NCBI RefSeq assembly: GCF_023055435.1 | Contig: NW_025964223.1 | Location: forward strand, 35,650,001-35,714,000 | DNA from: Haliotis rufescens | Lineage: Eukaryota | Length of the DNA: 64,000 bases | Direction of reading: 5' to 3' | In this document: positions 23,608 to 37,700 of the stretch, one piece after another | Position numbering within the stretch: the stretch's first letter is position 1 | Layout: each line of letters starts with the position of its first letter | Notes under the pieces: generated by a model | What the model was told of the DNA's origin: nothing | Database searches by the model: none | The model's input: the letters and a program-made list of their open reading frames with translations, nothing else | Translations under genes and position numbers: made by a program

Positions 23608-26600
23608 TACCTAACTTCAAGGCTAGACATAGAGAAAAACGTCATATTATGAATATAATAAACATATATTTAGCCAAAAATGTGATACTTAAACATACAT
23701 GTATAATGATGTCACTTCCGGTGATGACATCACCTGTGACATCACTTCCGGGTTGTCATTCAATGACCTCGTTTGCGATATATGTCTTCTTTGATTTCAT
23801 ACCACCTTATGAAGTAGTTTCCGTTACGCCCTTTTGGATAGTGATATTTAACATATTTTGATGTTAGTCCGCATGTGAGGTCTCCCATGACATCACTTCC
23901 AGTGATAGTACATCATACATCCTAGATTATCATGTAGAAACCATGTATCACTTATATCCTTTCGATCTATGATTTCAGTGTTGCCACTTGACTTGTCTAC
24001 TATCCAATAGCAAACTAAGTACAAAGGTCAACCTACCCTGAGTTCATGAGGTATTCTGAAATCTTCACCCCCCCACCCACCCCACCTCCCAAGTTCCCGA
24101 GAGAAGGAGGGTAGGCAAGGCTACTTGGAGACTATCACCTGGGCTGCCACCAAGGGTCCCAGTGTGTATAGTGCATCCAGATCGGATGTCTCGTGAGTAA
24201 AAGTTTTCTGTTGAGTATCTGTAATGAGGTATGTCAAGGCTCTTATGGGACAAAGTAATCTGTCCGGATAGTCCACACTTTTACTTAAGGCTGGTATCGT
24301 ATATTGCCTGGCTCCGAGTGGGCTGAAAGTCGATGACTGGTTTTGGCAAAAAAATCCGGAAGTGATCTGAACAACACTGATTTCCATATTTGGGTATGAG
24401 TTACGGTGGACATATCAGATAGCGTGTAATTCTGATACACGAGCCGCAGTGGCCATGGCTAGGAGAAAAAGCGGTCTTCCTGGAAACTAATAGTAATGTC
24501 ACACTACTCATGGGTTCATAAGGTGGTTTCATCAATGCTGACAATACTATAGATAGATACCATTTTGGAAATATACTTGGTGTTACAATGTCTTCCAGTG
24601 CAAAAGACTCATGAGTCGATTCAGTAATGGGTGTGTACCTATATATAGGCAATCGTGTTGTAATACTGATGCCAGGGCGGATCTATAGTCTTGGTAGTGC
24701 CATGTCAAAATATCTTGTCGTTTCTGAGATAGAGCAAGAATTCGGCAACTATAGGTATCGTTATCTCCACGTCTAAATAATTCCCACTCGACGAACTTGT
24801 CCCATCTGTTAATTTTATAGGCCAGACGATGCTGGTCTCCATGAGTTTGCCACTCTTTGTGCAGCTTATTTAGAGTAACCTGCGCTTGCATCTTATTCGA
24901 GAGAACTTCCAAGCGTGAAATATGTCCGTTTTCGCTTGTCTCAGTAAATTGTGACATACCGTGAGTTTCAGAGGTTCTTCCACTAGGCAGTGTAGTAACC
25001 TTGAAAACCAAGCCCTGTTTGGCCATGCCGGGGCTATGAGAATTATTACGCAGTCTGTCTCTTCTATTTTCTTCAGAACTCTTGTCTAGAAGAATCCATG
25101 GGGGAAATGCGTAAGCGAACATTCCCTCCCAGTCCATAGAAAGAGCGTCGACCTGGAGAGTTGGCGGGTCTGTTACTGGACTGACGTAGACTGGTAGTTT
25201 GTTGTTGAGACATGTCGCAGGTCAGCCACCAATGTAGTTCTGAGAATCGAACTGGTGGGGGTTGAATTAATGCATCCAGCTCTAGGTCTTTGGTGGTCTA
25301 TGCTTATCATCTAAATCTGGTTGTCTTAAGGCATTCTTCAACTTCTTGATAGATTCCATCTAAAACTTGGGAGGCTTTTCCAGAAAATCTGTGTTTGGGA
25401 CTTTTAGATCTATGATTAATTGCATCTCTGAAAAATTCTTCTTTGATACCAGCAATACTGGGGAGTAGAATCTGTGAGAGGTGTCCGACTCTTTTAAGAT
25501 GCTGATAGCTCTCTTTGCAAGTAATTTGCCTATGGCCATATCTGCTGCAATTAACTTTCGTCCTGATAGATGGTATCGGGGTCCAGTAGGATGGATGACT
25601 AGTATTGGGCGTTTTAAGAAATGAAGTTTGTAGCCTCTTCTTACTACTTCGAGCAGCCATGAGTCATCTGTGATGGCTTCCCAGTTGTCTGAGTACTGCA
25701 TAAGACGACCTCCGACTGGTTCCCGAGTAGGGGGAGTGCTGAACTTGGACAGTCTTGGATCGATGTCTATGAGACTAGTTTGACGGGATTCAATGTGGTT
25801 GTAGCGTTGATCTTCTGAAGTTCTAAATCGTTGTCCACTGGGCAGGCAATGTCGGTAGGTTCTGAAGGAATCTGTAAATCTCTGGTTGAGTCATTTCCGA
25901 GTATCCCCCTCAGAAGCCTCCTCTGCCTCTACCTCTTCCTCTTTGTGAAGTGGGATGATCATCTTTGGAGTTCCTATTTCTGGAGTGAACGATCTGTCCT
26001 TCCATGTAGAGGCTCGAAAAGAATCCCGACCAGAGTTCACATGACGAGATTTAGGATTCTGTTGCTGATGCTGGAAATCTGCAGGTCGTTTCTGGATCTT
26101 GAATGCCAATGAGATTGTGGATTCTTGAAACTTCTGACTAGTTGATGATGCAATGGCTTCCTTCACTGACTTCAGTCTGCCATTGAATATCTGTGGAGCT
26201 GTGATAGCATGGATCTTCTTAGCGGCTCTGGAATCATATGATGAACTTGCTGTAGTAGATGATTTCTTTGCATGAGCAGGAACTGTGCTGACATCCAAAC
26301 TTGTGCTGATTGAAGATCTTCCTGCATCTTCAGCATTTGGTCCAGTGAGCTGTGAATAAACATGGTCTGCTGCAGCTTCATCTCCATGGGGGTGTCTAAG
26401 GGAAGACCTTTCGCTCTGATTGTTCGGGGGAATGACGTGGCAAATTCCAGCTGCAATCCAGTTAATATTTGAACTGATATTTATTGATGTTTATTGATGT
26501 TGTCAAAGTTCCTGATTTTGGCCATGTCAACATGCATCCTGGTGTTAGGTTTCTTAACAAGATCATAGAAATCTTCATCAATACTAGGCTGTTGTGCGAA

Positions 26601-28010
26601 AAGGAGCATCGTGTGTCTTGACTTATAAGCACTTTTTTTAATAGCAGGCATACCAAGTTTGACATGATGCGCCGATGAAGCGTTCAATGATGCTTCGATT
26701 TTATTGATGACGTCATGAATGTATGACGGACAGGGGAGGGTATGAAATTCTTCAGTTTTGCTGACAGGTTCTTCATACCCAGCACGTTCTAACAAGGGTT
26801 TGGCAGCCGTTTTGTCTTTGTTATCTGGTTGAAAGGCCGGCATCAGTTTATAAAGTTCTGCAATGATATCTTTAATGGAATAATTATTTGGTTTGTAATT
26901 ATCCCCAGTAGTAGAGTCCCAATTGCATGAAGAACCAGTGTTAGCGATAGAACCACACCCCCTGCTCAGGCTGCACCTGGGGTAGGACATATGGCTTGGG
27001 GTAGAATAATACCGGTCAACTGATCTAAGGCTAGCGGAGCGGGAATCACATGTTCTGTAACTGTATGATTCTGACGTAACATCCATTTCGCTTTCCCCGC
27101 TCGTATAACTGGACTGTGTGACGTAATGGGATGGCGCACGTTTGGGAATTCTATCCTATTTGCATGAGTTTTGTTGTCAGTTTGTCTATCATAGTGGCTA
27201 GAAGGTGACTGGTGTGTATTTCTGTGCCATGCGATGTCCGTGATTCAAGATCTACCCTGTGATGTTCGTGGTAGGGAGGGGATCTATGAGATTCTCGATC
27301 TCTTTTTATGACTCTCCTACTGTCCTAATAATAATCTGAATCAGTTTGACTGTGTGCGTGTTTGTTGTGTGAGGATGCCCTGTCATATTCAGCCTTAGAT
27401 CTCTATTGAATGTTGTGTTGTGCGACGGATTCTTTTAGATATGAGATTTCATGAGACATTGATTGCATCCGTTTGTCAATCATTACAGACATGGAATTAG
27501 TTATTTTTTGTCACCCACCTGATTATCTTTAGGTGTCACAACGGACTTAATCACTTTTTTACAGGAAGCAGATGAATATTTTGCTGACGCTCTGGTGTTC
27601 TTTTTATAATCAGGGTCATTGAGCCATGCCTTAGAAAGTTTCTCAAACTTCTCCTTGGACAAAGGCTCACAATAACTGCGTTCAATTGGTTTTCTTGCAT
27701 GAAAGGCACCTAGGGTGAGGGTCACCAGAGATTTGATGTTGCCCACAACCTGAACAGACGGGCGTCTGTTTTGGGGATGAAGTCCTCATCCCACAACATG
27801 TTCTCTAACTACTTACTTACTAGAGACTTCTGCCTTCTTATACCCTTGTTCTCTGCTTGTAGAACTGGTCACTGCTTGTCTTTAGTGAAGCTTGAGATGG
27901 TCTAGTGTGGCTTGTAAGTGTGGAACAGCAATCACATGTACAGATGCATGCAACAACAAAATTTCCTTGTCATCTGGACACATAGGAAAGAAGTGGGGTG
28001 ATTCCCGCCT

Positions 28011-28022
28011 TGCGCATGCGCA
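28011..28022. promoter_or_regulatory. Perfect TGCGCATGCGCA palindrome (NRF1-type motif) just inside the 5' ITR of DIRS copy 1
   Basis: Motif seen directly; a promoter role is inference. Confidence 0.35.
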
Positions 28023-28537
28023 GTGGCGTCTCCGTCGAGGGATAGGGTTTCCCTAACAACTATTAGATATGTTGGCAGTGAAGAGGACGTCTGTTGATAA
28101 TTAATGAAATTGTAGTGTGGTTCTGATGGCTATGATGTAATAGAGGTAGGGTATTCACAAGAATTATAACAAACTGTAGACATAATCATACATTACCTTC
28201 TGTCACAATCAGATGATCAGGTGGTAAAACCCCACAAAAATTGTAAAGCAAAACAAAAATCGACACATTATTATACGTAGTAACCTTACAAGTCTAACCC
28301 AAATAGTCTACCATAACAATAGAATGTTGAGTTGAACAAGTTCAATTTTGAAAACATTTGCAATGAGGCTGAATGAGAAGGAAAGGCAAGGAGGGAGGTA
28401 TCTGTGGATAGTGACCTGCTGGAGAGACACAGGTTTTTGGTTCCGAGCTATGGGATTGATGAGAGATGGAATTTGATATGTTTTATCAGAATAACAATTA
28501 TTTAATACATATGCACTTAAGTATACATACAACTTAC

Positions 28538-28722
28538 GCATTATATGGCACATGAGCATGTCGTCCCTCCACACGCTGCCACCGACCAAGGTGAAGGGCA
28601 CATCGATGCAGAAGGTCAAGGTAGCGAGGTGACAGGAAGTGGGCAATGAGCATGAGAAAAGCACTGAGCCAGGTGAGACATACGTGTTGTCCTACCCACC
28701 ATGTGTCGTAGTATAGGGTGTT
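28538..28722 (-). CDS. TMEM39: TMEM39 exon (185 nt)
   Basis: Hand-translated NTLYYDTWWVGQHVCLTWLSAFLMLIAHFLSPRYLDLLHRCALHLGRWQRVEGRHAHVPYNA; flanked by ttccacag and gtaagt. Confidence 0.93.
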
Positions 28723-29666
28723 CTGTGGAAGAAGAGTTATTAGCTGCAGTTCTCATACACTCACAAACTAATCTAACACTGGAGTTTGTAATTATACATA
28801 CTTACTTCGTATACAGCAACAGTTCAGCAATATCTCAGTAACATTTTAGTAAGGGACCGACAACAGCTGCAAAACCAGACATTTTTTTAATTCAAACTTT
28901 GAGCCTGACTATCTTTTCAGGAAGAACACCTTGCAACAATTTCCTTTTTTCCAAGTCTGAAGTATAATTAATTTTCTGGGACAATTTCATTTTTGGGATA
29001 TTTTTTTTGTTACCAGGAGACAATGAGCTGTGTTTGAAACAAGCATAATGTTTGGGCTCTTGGACCAATATAATAACAGATATAATAACTGTCTATGAAA
29101 TGTATGTCTTTATCTGTCAAGAAATTGAAATGGTTAATTCCATTCATTTATAGGTCAAAGAAAGTTATGTTCAGCGTCTTAAACATGTCACATGCATAAG
29201 AGAAGTTCATTTACTGAACCATGCTGAATTGGGGCTAAATCTATTGATATTTATCAAGCCTAACTAATTCAGCTGATCTTAAACTTGATGTGTTAAGGAA
29301 TTGTCTACCAGTTAAATGTGATTGCAATCTATCAATAACTGTCAAACTTATCTCCCTCAAACCAGTTTGACATAATTTTTAGAGTGGTCATTTGACCGTT
29401 GACTGTATGAACTTACCTTTCTTTTCTGACTGACCGTCCATACAGTATGTTGGATCAAATATATTAACAACATATCAACCTACAGTCTGCTTATCCACAA
29501 ATGAAACTGTGGAAAATCCCTTATTTCCAAGTTAATAAACTGTCATTCATACACCAATGATAAAGCTAAAACCTGTACTCAAAACGTGTATGGGATCTCA
29601 TGCAAATAGGTATCACCACACGTTAGCAAATTAAATCCAATATAGATCCTTTGTAGATGGCTTGTG

Positions 29667-30017
29667 GTGAGGTGAAATGGGGTTTAACGTCGCGTCCAAG
29701 ATTATTGCACTTATATAGCAACGTGCATGTACGTGTATGTGTTTGTGTGGCTGCTTGTACTAGTCCGGACTGATGCCGATTTATAGTGCTAGCTCACTAA
29801 GACACCATGCCGCAGTTTAACATGAATATCCCACTCAGACACAGTATACTGACTCCGAGCCGACCAGTCCTTGTTTTAGCCTCATAATGCCGAGAGCCAG
29901 GCAGGGTAACAACAAGTACCATCTTTTAACGTCTTTTGGTGTGACGCGGCCGGGGATCGAACCCCGGACCTTCCGCTCTCTGGGCGGACGCTCTACCACT
30001 CGACCACGGAGGCGGTC
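29667..30017 (-). mobile_element. Full-length tRNA-derived SINE with 13-bp TSD
   Basis: A box tggtcgagtgg and B box ggttcgatccc on the - strand, (cacct)n tail, TSD tagatggcttgtg at 29654-29666 and 30018-30030. Confidence 0.93.
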
Positions 30018-30361
30018 TAGATGGCTTGTGTGTCAAGACACAATGAGGTCATTTTACAACATGTTCTTCTGGCCACAGTCGGTGTACTCAATAATATTTG
30101 CATTATAGATGTCCTTATTATAAAGCAGCAAGTCTGAAAGATCTGCTTACTAATAAAAGTGGGCATTTGAATTATTAATATGACAAAGAAAAAAGATTTG
30201 TATAATTATGAATATGTGTATTAATTACAGCTTTCATTGTAGTTTATTTGTACATTTATAGACATGTTTTACTTTTGAGTGAGAGAGTTACAATATAACA
30301 TTACATTGTGTTTTACTTGTATCTATGTATCTGTGATATGGAACAATAGTTATCATTAAAT

Positions 30362-33300
30362 ATGATTCTAAGAATACTACCTCTATATTACATCTTTGGC
30401 CATAAATCCTGTATTTTGGCTTCAGTCACACTAAGGAAAATTTTCAGATTTTCAACAGACATCCTCTACACTGTCAATCACACACAATTAGTTGTTCCCA
30501 ATATAGCACTATAGCAACCCAAGCTTCTTTCCCACATCTAACCACTAGAGGTAGATGAATTGGGGAGGTGGGTGCAAGTACTTTTCATGTAATAGAGGTA
30601 GTATTCTTAGAATTATATTAACAATGATAACTATTGGTGGATAATTTTTGCAAATCCTCTACCTCTATTACATCTGTACCAGAATATACCTGACGGACCC
30701 TGGAAGAATCTACCTCTAGTAACTCCCTGTGTAACTGACAGTAATCCTCTTCTGGAAACCATTTATTCACTGATTCTAATCCTGACTCAAGATAATTTCC
30801 TCTGTAATTCCTCCTGAGGACTTGAAAATCAGAATGCATCAAGAACCAAGCAAATATGTGATACCTTCACTAGAATTACCATTATATTTGCTGATCTTGT
30901 GAGTGATAATGACGTCATTTCTTGTTAAATTTGGATTTGTGACACTATTAACAGTGCTGACATCACTTCTGGTTGTGATGTCACCTCACTTTTTATTGGA
31001 TAATGACGTCTGTAAGCAGTTAATACTCAAGGTGCTCCTAATCCATCCAACACCTAATAGACGGGATAATCAAGGGTGTACTCACCCTCTGAGAGTCGGT
31101 CATCCTGATCTGTACCCTTGTATCGTCCAATGTCGGAACTTATTGTCCTGACGTAGATGTAGAAGAAAGTCTGCTACCACAAAGATTGATATTGTATTAG
31201 TTATAATCCCTTATCTTCTTCTGAATTGGACAAATTTATCCCATCTGTTGTCATATATAAGGGAGGATGAAGGTCTCCATGATCTTGCCACAGCTTCCGA
31301 GGCAAGCTCAGAGTACCCGGATGTCTGCATCTATTGCATGGTAACTTCCACGCGGTTAAGATTGTCATAGAAAATGTTTGACCTGGGCTGTCGTAACATA
31401 TCTTGACAGAGAGGTAACAGGAGAGGCTCTTCCATTAATAGACTTAATAATCGGGGGGACCATGCTCTGCTGGGCCAGAATTGTGCCATTAAGATTATCA
31501 TGCAATCCGTCTCCTCCACCTTGTGGATGACCTTGTCTAAGAGAGACAATAGTGGGAATGCGTATGCAAATAGACCTGTCCAATTCATCGATAGCACATC
31601 GATCTGGTGAGCCATTGGAGTGGGAACTGGACTGACATAAACCTGAAGTTAATGGTTTAGGCAGGTGGCAAAGAGATCTAGATGCGGTGTGTCCCATGAC
31701 GTGGTTATCCAAGCAAAGATCTGGGGATGTAAGGTCCATTCTGTTGCCACTATTCTCCCCTGGCGGGAAAGGCTGTCGACAAGAATGTTCAGCTTCCCAG
31801 GAATCTGTCTCGCTTCCATCTGGCAACTGATGGAGTCTGCCAAGGCAAAAAATCTTGTAGTCTCCATCATCAGAAAACTGGATTTGGTTCCTCCTTGTTT
31901 CTGAATGTATGCCACTACTGTGGTGTTGTCCGTGGCTATGAGGATAGCTGATTTGGAGAGACGTATCTTCCATACCAAGATGGCGTAATAGATGGCCTTC
32001 ATTTCCTTGCAGTTGAAATGAAGGATCCTCTCTCTGGTGCTCCAAAATCCCTGTACCGCGAGATCATCCATATGGGCTGCCCATCCCGAATCTGGCGCGT
32101 ATGTGAATAGATGGTGTTCGGGAGTCGGATAAGTCAGAGGAATGCCGCTCATCAAATGCTCTCTGTGTGTCCACTAATCCAGGTCTTGTAATAAGTTGGG
32201 AGGTAACTGAGTCTTGAACTCTAAGGTGTTGGATCATAGAAAGTTGATCCATGTCTGCAGAGGATAAAACCTTCTTCTGAAGGTCATATCCTGTGGAGAT
32301 GTTAGGTTGCCTAGAAGTGACATCCACAGGAGTCACAGGAGTCTCTCCGGGTATGCCTTCATATGATGTCTGCAACTGTGGAATGATGTGCCTGATTCCG
32401 GTGATAAACCAGTTGAAATATGCGCCAATGTCAATTGAATGTCTGGATGTCATGGACAGGTCCTTGATCCGTGAAGCAGGCAACGTGACATTAGTATTAG
32501 GGTTGCGTACTAGCTTCGTAAAATCTTCGTCCAAAACTTGATGATCCGGAAGTGGAGAGTCATGAGTTCTATACCACTTCCACTTCAATGTAGGTAAGGG
32601 TAGCCGGTCATCATGTATGAGCTTGAGTAGATTTTCGGACGCCTGGTCTACCACCTTGCCTGCATAACTCGGCCACAGCAATGTCTGGTGGATATGTTGA
32701 GATGATGTGTAGGAGCATGACATCTTCCATATTCCGGCATCTTAGGTGGTGAATTTTCTGTCATAGGAGGTTGTAAATGCCTTGGGTACCGATGGTTGAT
32801 GGCGACCATAAGTAGGCCTGTCAGCTGGACGGTCGGCTGGGTTACCATGGAATCCGTGCAGTGACCCCACAGTGTCTTAGCTGGGATGTATGGCCTTGCG
32901 GTACCCCGACGGGACCCAAGCGGAGATCCAGATGCCCGTGTATCATGGTAGGGTAAAGCTTGAGAGCTTCTACCCAGCTGGTCGGTACGGTCGGGTGGGG
33001 TAGGCCGTATGGCATAAACAGATTGCTGTCCCCCATGCAGCCTCTTGGCTGGAGGACTTAGCCAATACTGTTTGCCTCTTCTTCATAATCTCCATATCTT
33101 GGTTTATAGCTGAGAAGCATGACTCAAACATGGCCTCCATCATTTCCTGCTGTTGTTTTAAGAGTTGTTGAATCAAGTTCATAGAGAATGCACGAGATGA
33201 TTCTTTCGCCGGAGTAGGAGTAGGAGGCGCTGGGGTAGATCAGAGACTACTTCAGTGTCAATTGTCACAATGACTTTAACTTTCTTCTTAGCTGCTTCAC

Positions 33301-33882
33301 GCCTTCTAGCTTTAGTTAAAGCTTCAGCTAACTTGGTGAAGGCTTTCTTGGATAGGTTTGAGCACTGATCGCATCTTGCCTCATCTGTTCATATAGCCTC
33401 TTTGCACTTCCAGCAGCTGCTATGAGGATCTCCTGTGATCATAAAGAGGCCCCACTTCTTGCAACCAGGAGTAGAGGGTGACTCCATTACGACCTCACAA
33501 AAACACCTCACACCCCCTTATACTTACCTGAGTATGATTGTCACTTCAATTAGCAGCTATTAATATTGACTTAATTTGTCTGTTTTATAGAAAACTATTA
33601 GAACAATCTTAGACTAATGTGACTACTACCAAGTGCTAGATCGTTACAACTATAAATAGGTGTTGACTCTCTAGCACACACAGGAAAGAAGTGAGGTTCC
33701 CGCCATTATGCATGTCATAGTTTGGGTAGCTATAGTGCTATATTAGGAACGACTATTGTACGTGATTGACAGTGAAGAGGACATTTGTTGAAAATCTCAA
33801 AATTTTAATTAGTGTGACTGAAGCCAAAATACAGGATTCATGACCAAAGATGTAATAGAGGTAGAGGATTCGCAAGAATTAT
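30362..33882 (-). mobile_element. DIRS1-type retrotransposon copy 2 (family A), internally deleted, with ICR
   Basis: ITRs at about 30362-30480 and 33760-33882; ICR at about 30587-30673 complementary to both termini. RNase H (TDNTTVVAYIQKQGGTKS...IPGKLNILVDSLSR), MT-like (NWTGLFAYAFP) and gag fragments. Confidence 0.92.
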
Positions 33883-35778
33883 ATATGTTACTGTTTTGCT
33901 GACATTTTATTAATGTATAGTTTATTGCTCCATGCCTGAGATATTGTCTAACTTGTAGCTCACTCACTTATCAAAAATGAAAAATTGTTTACACGTAGCT
34001 TAACATCACTACGAAGTTGATATCAATATAATTTATGGGAAAACATACCATAGGTCTTAAGTCCTGCTCAGGAATTAATGCTCAAATGTACTGACCCAAA
34101 GTCCTCCCTGGTTGGCTACATGAACATGTTAATAACACACAGTAAGTTGTGCACTAACAGCAATGGTGACAAGTGAACGAAACTGACAAAATAATAATTC
34201 AGCTCTCTTCTGAAGCAGAGAAAATATAGGAAAAACAACAGAGAAAGAATTACCATACAACAAATGTGCCACTTTCTACAAGAGGCAATGAACATCATAT
34301 TTGTGCCAGAAGAACTGGGAGGGAATACTGAATGTGACGTGACAGAGGCCATGCTGCCAGACACTGTGGGGAGACAGTCAAGGAATATATACATACTATT
34401 CACATGCAGAAAACAACCTGTCATATCGTTTCATTGCCTTGGAATTCATTAATGTACAAGATTTTGAAACCACTTTGTGGACAATTGTTTGATTCTTCAC
34501 CAAACATTGATTAGTTTCGATACTTGGAGCTAAACAAAGCAATGAGATATACAATACAATCAAAGTATTCTGGGATAAACAGAACATTCCAAGTGTCCAC
34601 GAGAAACTTGCATTGGTGCAATTTCTTAAAATAAGTATGCACACCTTTTATCACCAGAAGTCATTATCCTCCATACCCACAGCTTGTTACAACTTTAACA
34701 GATACTGTGAGTTTGGCATAGCACCACTTTGAACAGAATTTCACTGATATAGATTCTGGTTGATGGCAGAGGACACCCCCAAGTGATGCAGATCTTAGAT
34801 GTTCAACGTTCTGGTGCACAGATATATTCAGGGGGAAATCTGGGTTTCATTCTGGGTATCCTCTGATGCTTAATTGTAAATATATAATGTCATATTTCTG
34901 TGATTACAACAGGCAAAAGTCCAAACTAACATGATGAATTTGTAAAGTTTCATGGAGAAATAAGGAAAGAAATAAGAAAATATGAGAATCAAACTTTAGC
35001 CTCATTTGACAAATGTTGGAAAACATTAATAACACTTGTGAACATCCTAAGGCAGCAGGTGAGCACTTGCCTGATGTGTACACACAGTGTCCACACCGAA
35101 TCACTGACTGCTCTGTAACATGCAGTAGAAGCTGCACCCTCATGGAACCTTGCTTTAGAAATACAAAAATAGGAAATTCAAAACTTCCCGAACAGCAAAA
35201 GGTACCAGTGGAAGATTTCAACAGAGAACTATATGATCTGGAATCTATGGAAGCGTATAAGTGCCACAGTCTAAAACTAAAAACAAGTATCACCTATGTA
35301 GATGAAAGCGTCATCAATGTAGAAGATACTATAATCTATGTAGATGATACTGCTCACATCTACGTACAAGATACTTCCATCTCGGAATCAATATTTTCTC
35401 GAGTAATCGACACTAGTTCCGGGTCAGTTATATATAACCACTGGCTTAATTAATAATGACCAATTTGCATGACTTTCTAACTTGACATGTCTTAACTAAG
35501 GTATTATCTTAACATTGCATAAAGTAAATCTTCATTTCAATATGTGGAAGTTACTGGAGAATGACACATGCCATACTCTCTTACAACTGTAATAAAGATA
35601 GGATACCATAAAATGTTCTCCAAACTACAAACAAATAAACAGCTATAGGTCATTACTCAAAATTTTAGCAAAATTATAGATCAACCATAACATGGTTAAA
35701 GCCGGAGGAATATGTTGATCCTCATGATTTCTCCATTATCGAAATTAGGTTTAAGAGGTAAAACGTGAATATGAAGGG

Positions 35779-37572
35779 GTGAGAATCATCTACATAGATG
35801 TAAGAATCATCTATGAAGATGTAAGTATCATCTATGTAGATTTAACTATCATCTACGTAGATGTAAGTATCATCTATGTAGATGTAAGTATCATCTACGT
35901 AGATTTAAGTATCATCTATGTAGATGTAAGTATCATCTACAAAGATGTAGGTATCATGTACGTAGATGTAAGTATCATCTACATAATTGTAAGTATCATC
36001 TATGTAGATGTAAGTATCATCTACGTAGATGTAAGAATCTTCTATGTAGATGTAAGTATCATCTATGTAGATGTAAGTATCATCTATGTAGATGTAAGTA
36101 TCATCTATGTAGATGTAAGAATCTTCTATGTAGATGTAGGTAACATCTATGTAGATGTAAGTATCATCTATGTAGATGTAAGTATCATCTACGTAGATGT
36201 AAGAATCTTCTATGTAGATGTAGGTAACATCTATGTAGATGTAAGTATCATCTACGTAGATGTAAGTATCATCTATGTAGATGTAAGTATCATCTACATA
36301 GATGTAAGTATCATCTACGTAGATGTAAGTATCATCTACGTAGATGTAAGTATCATCTACGTAGATGTAAGTATCATCTACGTAGATGTAAGTATCATCT
36401 ATGTAGATGTAGGTCACATCTATGTAGATGTAAGTATCATCTATGTAGATGTAAGTATCATCTACGTAGATGTAAGTATCATTTATGTAGATGTAGGTCA
36501 CATCTATGTAGATGTAAGTATCATCTATGTAGATGTAAGTATCATCTACGTAGATGTAAGTATCATCTACGTAGATGTTAGTATCATCTACGTAGATGTA
36601 AGTATCATCTATGTAGATGTAAGTATCATCTACGTAAGTATCATCTACGTAGATGTAAGTATCATATACGTAGATGTAAGAATCATCTACGTAGATGTAA
36701 GTATCATCTATGTAGATGTAAGTCTCTATGTAGATGTAGGTCACATCTATGTAGATGTAAGTATCATCTACGTAGATGTAAGTATCATCTATGTAGATGT
36801 GAGTATAATGTTTGTAGATGTAAAAATCTTCTATGTAGATGTAAGTATCATCAATGTAGATGACATAATCATCTACATAGATGTAAGTATCATCTACATA
36901 GATGTAAGTATCATCTGTGTAGATGTAAGTATCATCTATGTAGATGTAGGTAACATCTATGTAGATGTAGGTATCATCTATGTAGATGTAAGTATCATCT
37001 ATGTAGATGTAGGTAACATCTATGTAGATGTAGGTAAAATCTATGTAGATGTAGGTATCATCTATGTAGATGTAACTATCATCTACGTAGATGAAAGTAT
37101 TATCTATGTAGATGTAAGTATCATATATGTAGATGTAAGTATCATCTATGTAGATGTAAGAATCATCTACAAAGATGTAAGTATCATCTACGTAGATGAA
37201 AGTATTATCTATGTAGATGTAAGTATCATATATGCTGATGTAAGTATTATCTATGTAGATGTAAGTATCATATATGTAGATGTAAGTATTATCTATGTAG
37301 ATGTAAGTATCATATATGTAGATGAAAGTATTATCTATGTAGATGTAAGTATCATATATGCTGATGTAAGTATTATCTATGTAGATGTAAGTATCATATA
37401 TGTAGATGTAAGTATTATCTATGTAGATGTAAGTATCATCTATGTAGATGAAAGTATTATCTATGTAGATGTAAGAATCTTCTATGTAGATGTAAGAATC
37501 TTCTATGTAGATGTAAGAATCTTCTATGTAGATGTAAGAATCTTCTATGTAGATGTAAGAATCTTCTATGTA
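35779..37572. repeat. 21-bp minisatellite, about 85 units (gtaagtatcatctaygtagat)
   Basis: Tandem array; residual units at 37701-37753 and degenerate units at about 35284-35375. Confidence 0.97.
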
Positions 37573-37700
37573 GGTGAGGTGAGGTGAAATGGGGATTAAC
37601 GTCGCATCCAAGATTATTGCACTTATATAGCGACGTGCATGCACGTGTATGTGTGTGTGACCGCTTGTACTAGTCGGGACTGATGCCGATTTATAGTGCT
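37573..37700 (-). mobile_element. 5'-truncated copy of the 29667-30017 SINE inserted into the 21-bp array
   Basis: Closely matches 29667-29790, including the (cacct)n tail. Confidence 0.9.

Larger units (their letters stand above)
22761..28167 (-). mobile_element. DIRS1-type retrotransposon copy 1 (family A), decayed
   Basis: Inverted terminal repeats at about 22761-22872 and 28072-28167. - strand fragments in the order gag, RT (WEAITDDSWLLEVVRRGYKLHF...FYSP), MT-like (DWEGMFAYAFPPW), YR (PKWYLSIVLSALMKPPYEP, LCPIRAL). Confidence 0.9.

Noticed and set aside
29940-30017. tRNA gene
   Set aside because: It is the head of a SINE with body, tail and TSD.
35779-37644. 602-aa and 579-aa ORFs as annotated genes
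   Set aside because: Pure 21-bp repeat; the + ORF starts at GTG and the - ORF starts inside a SINE fragment. Kept only as a finding.
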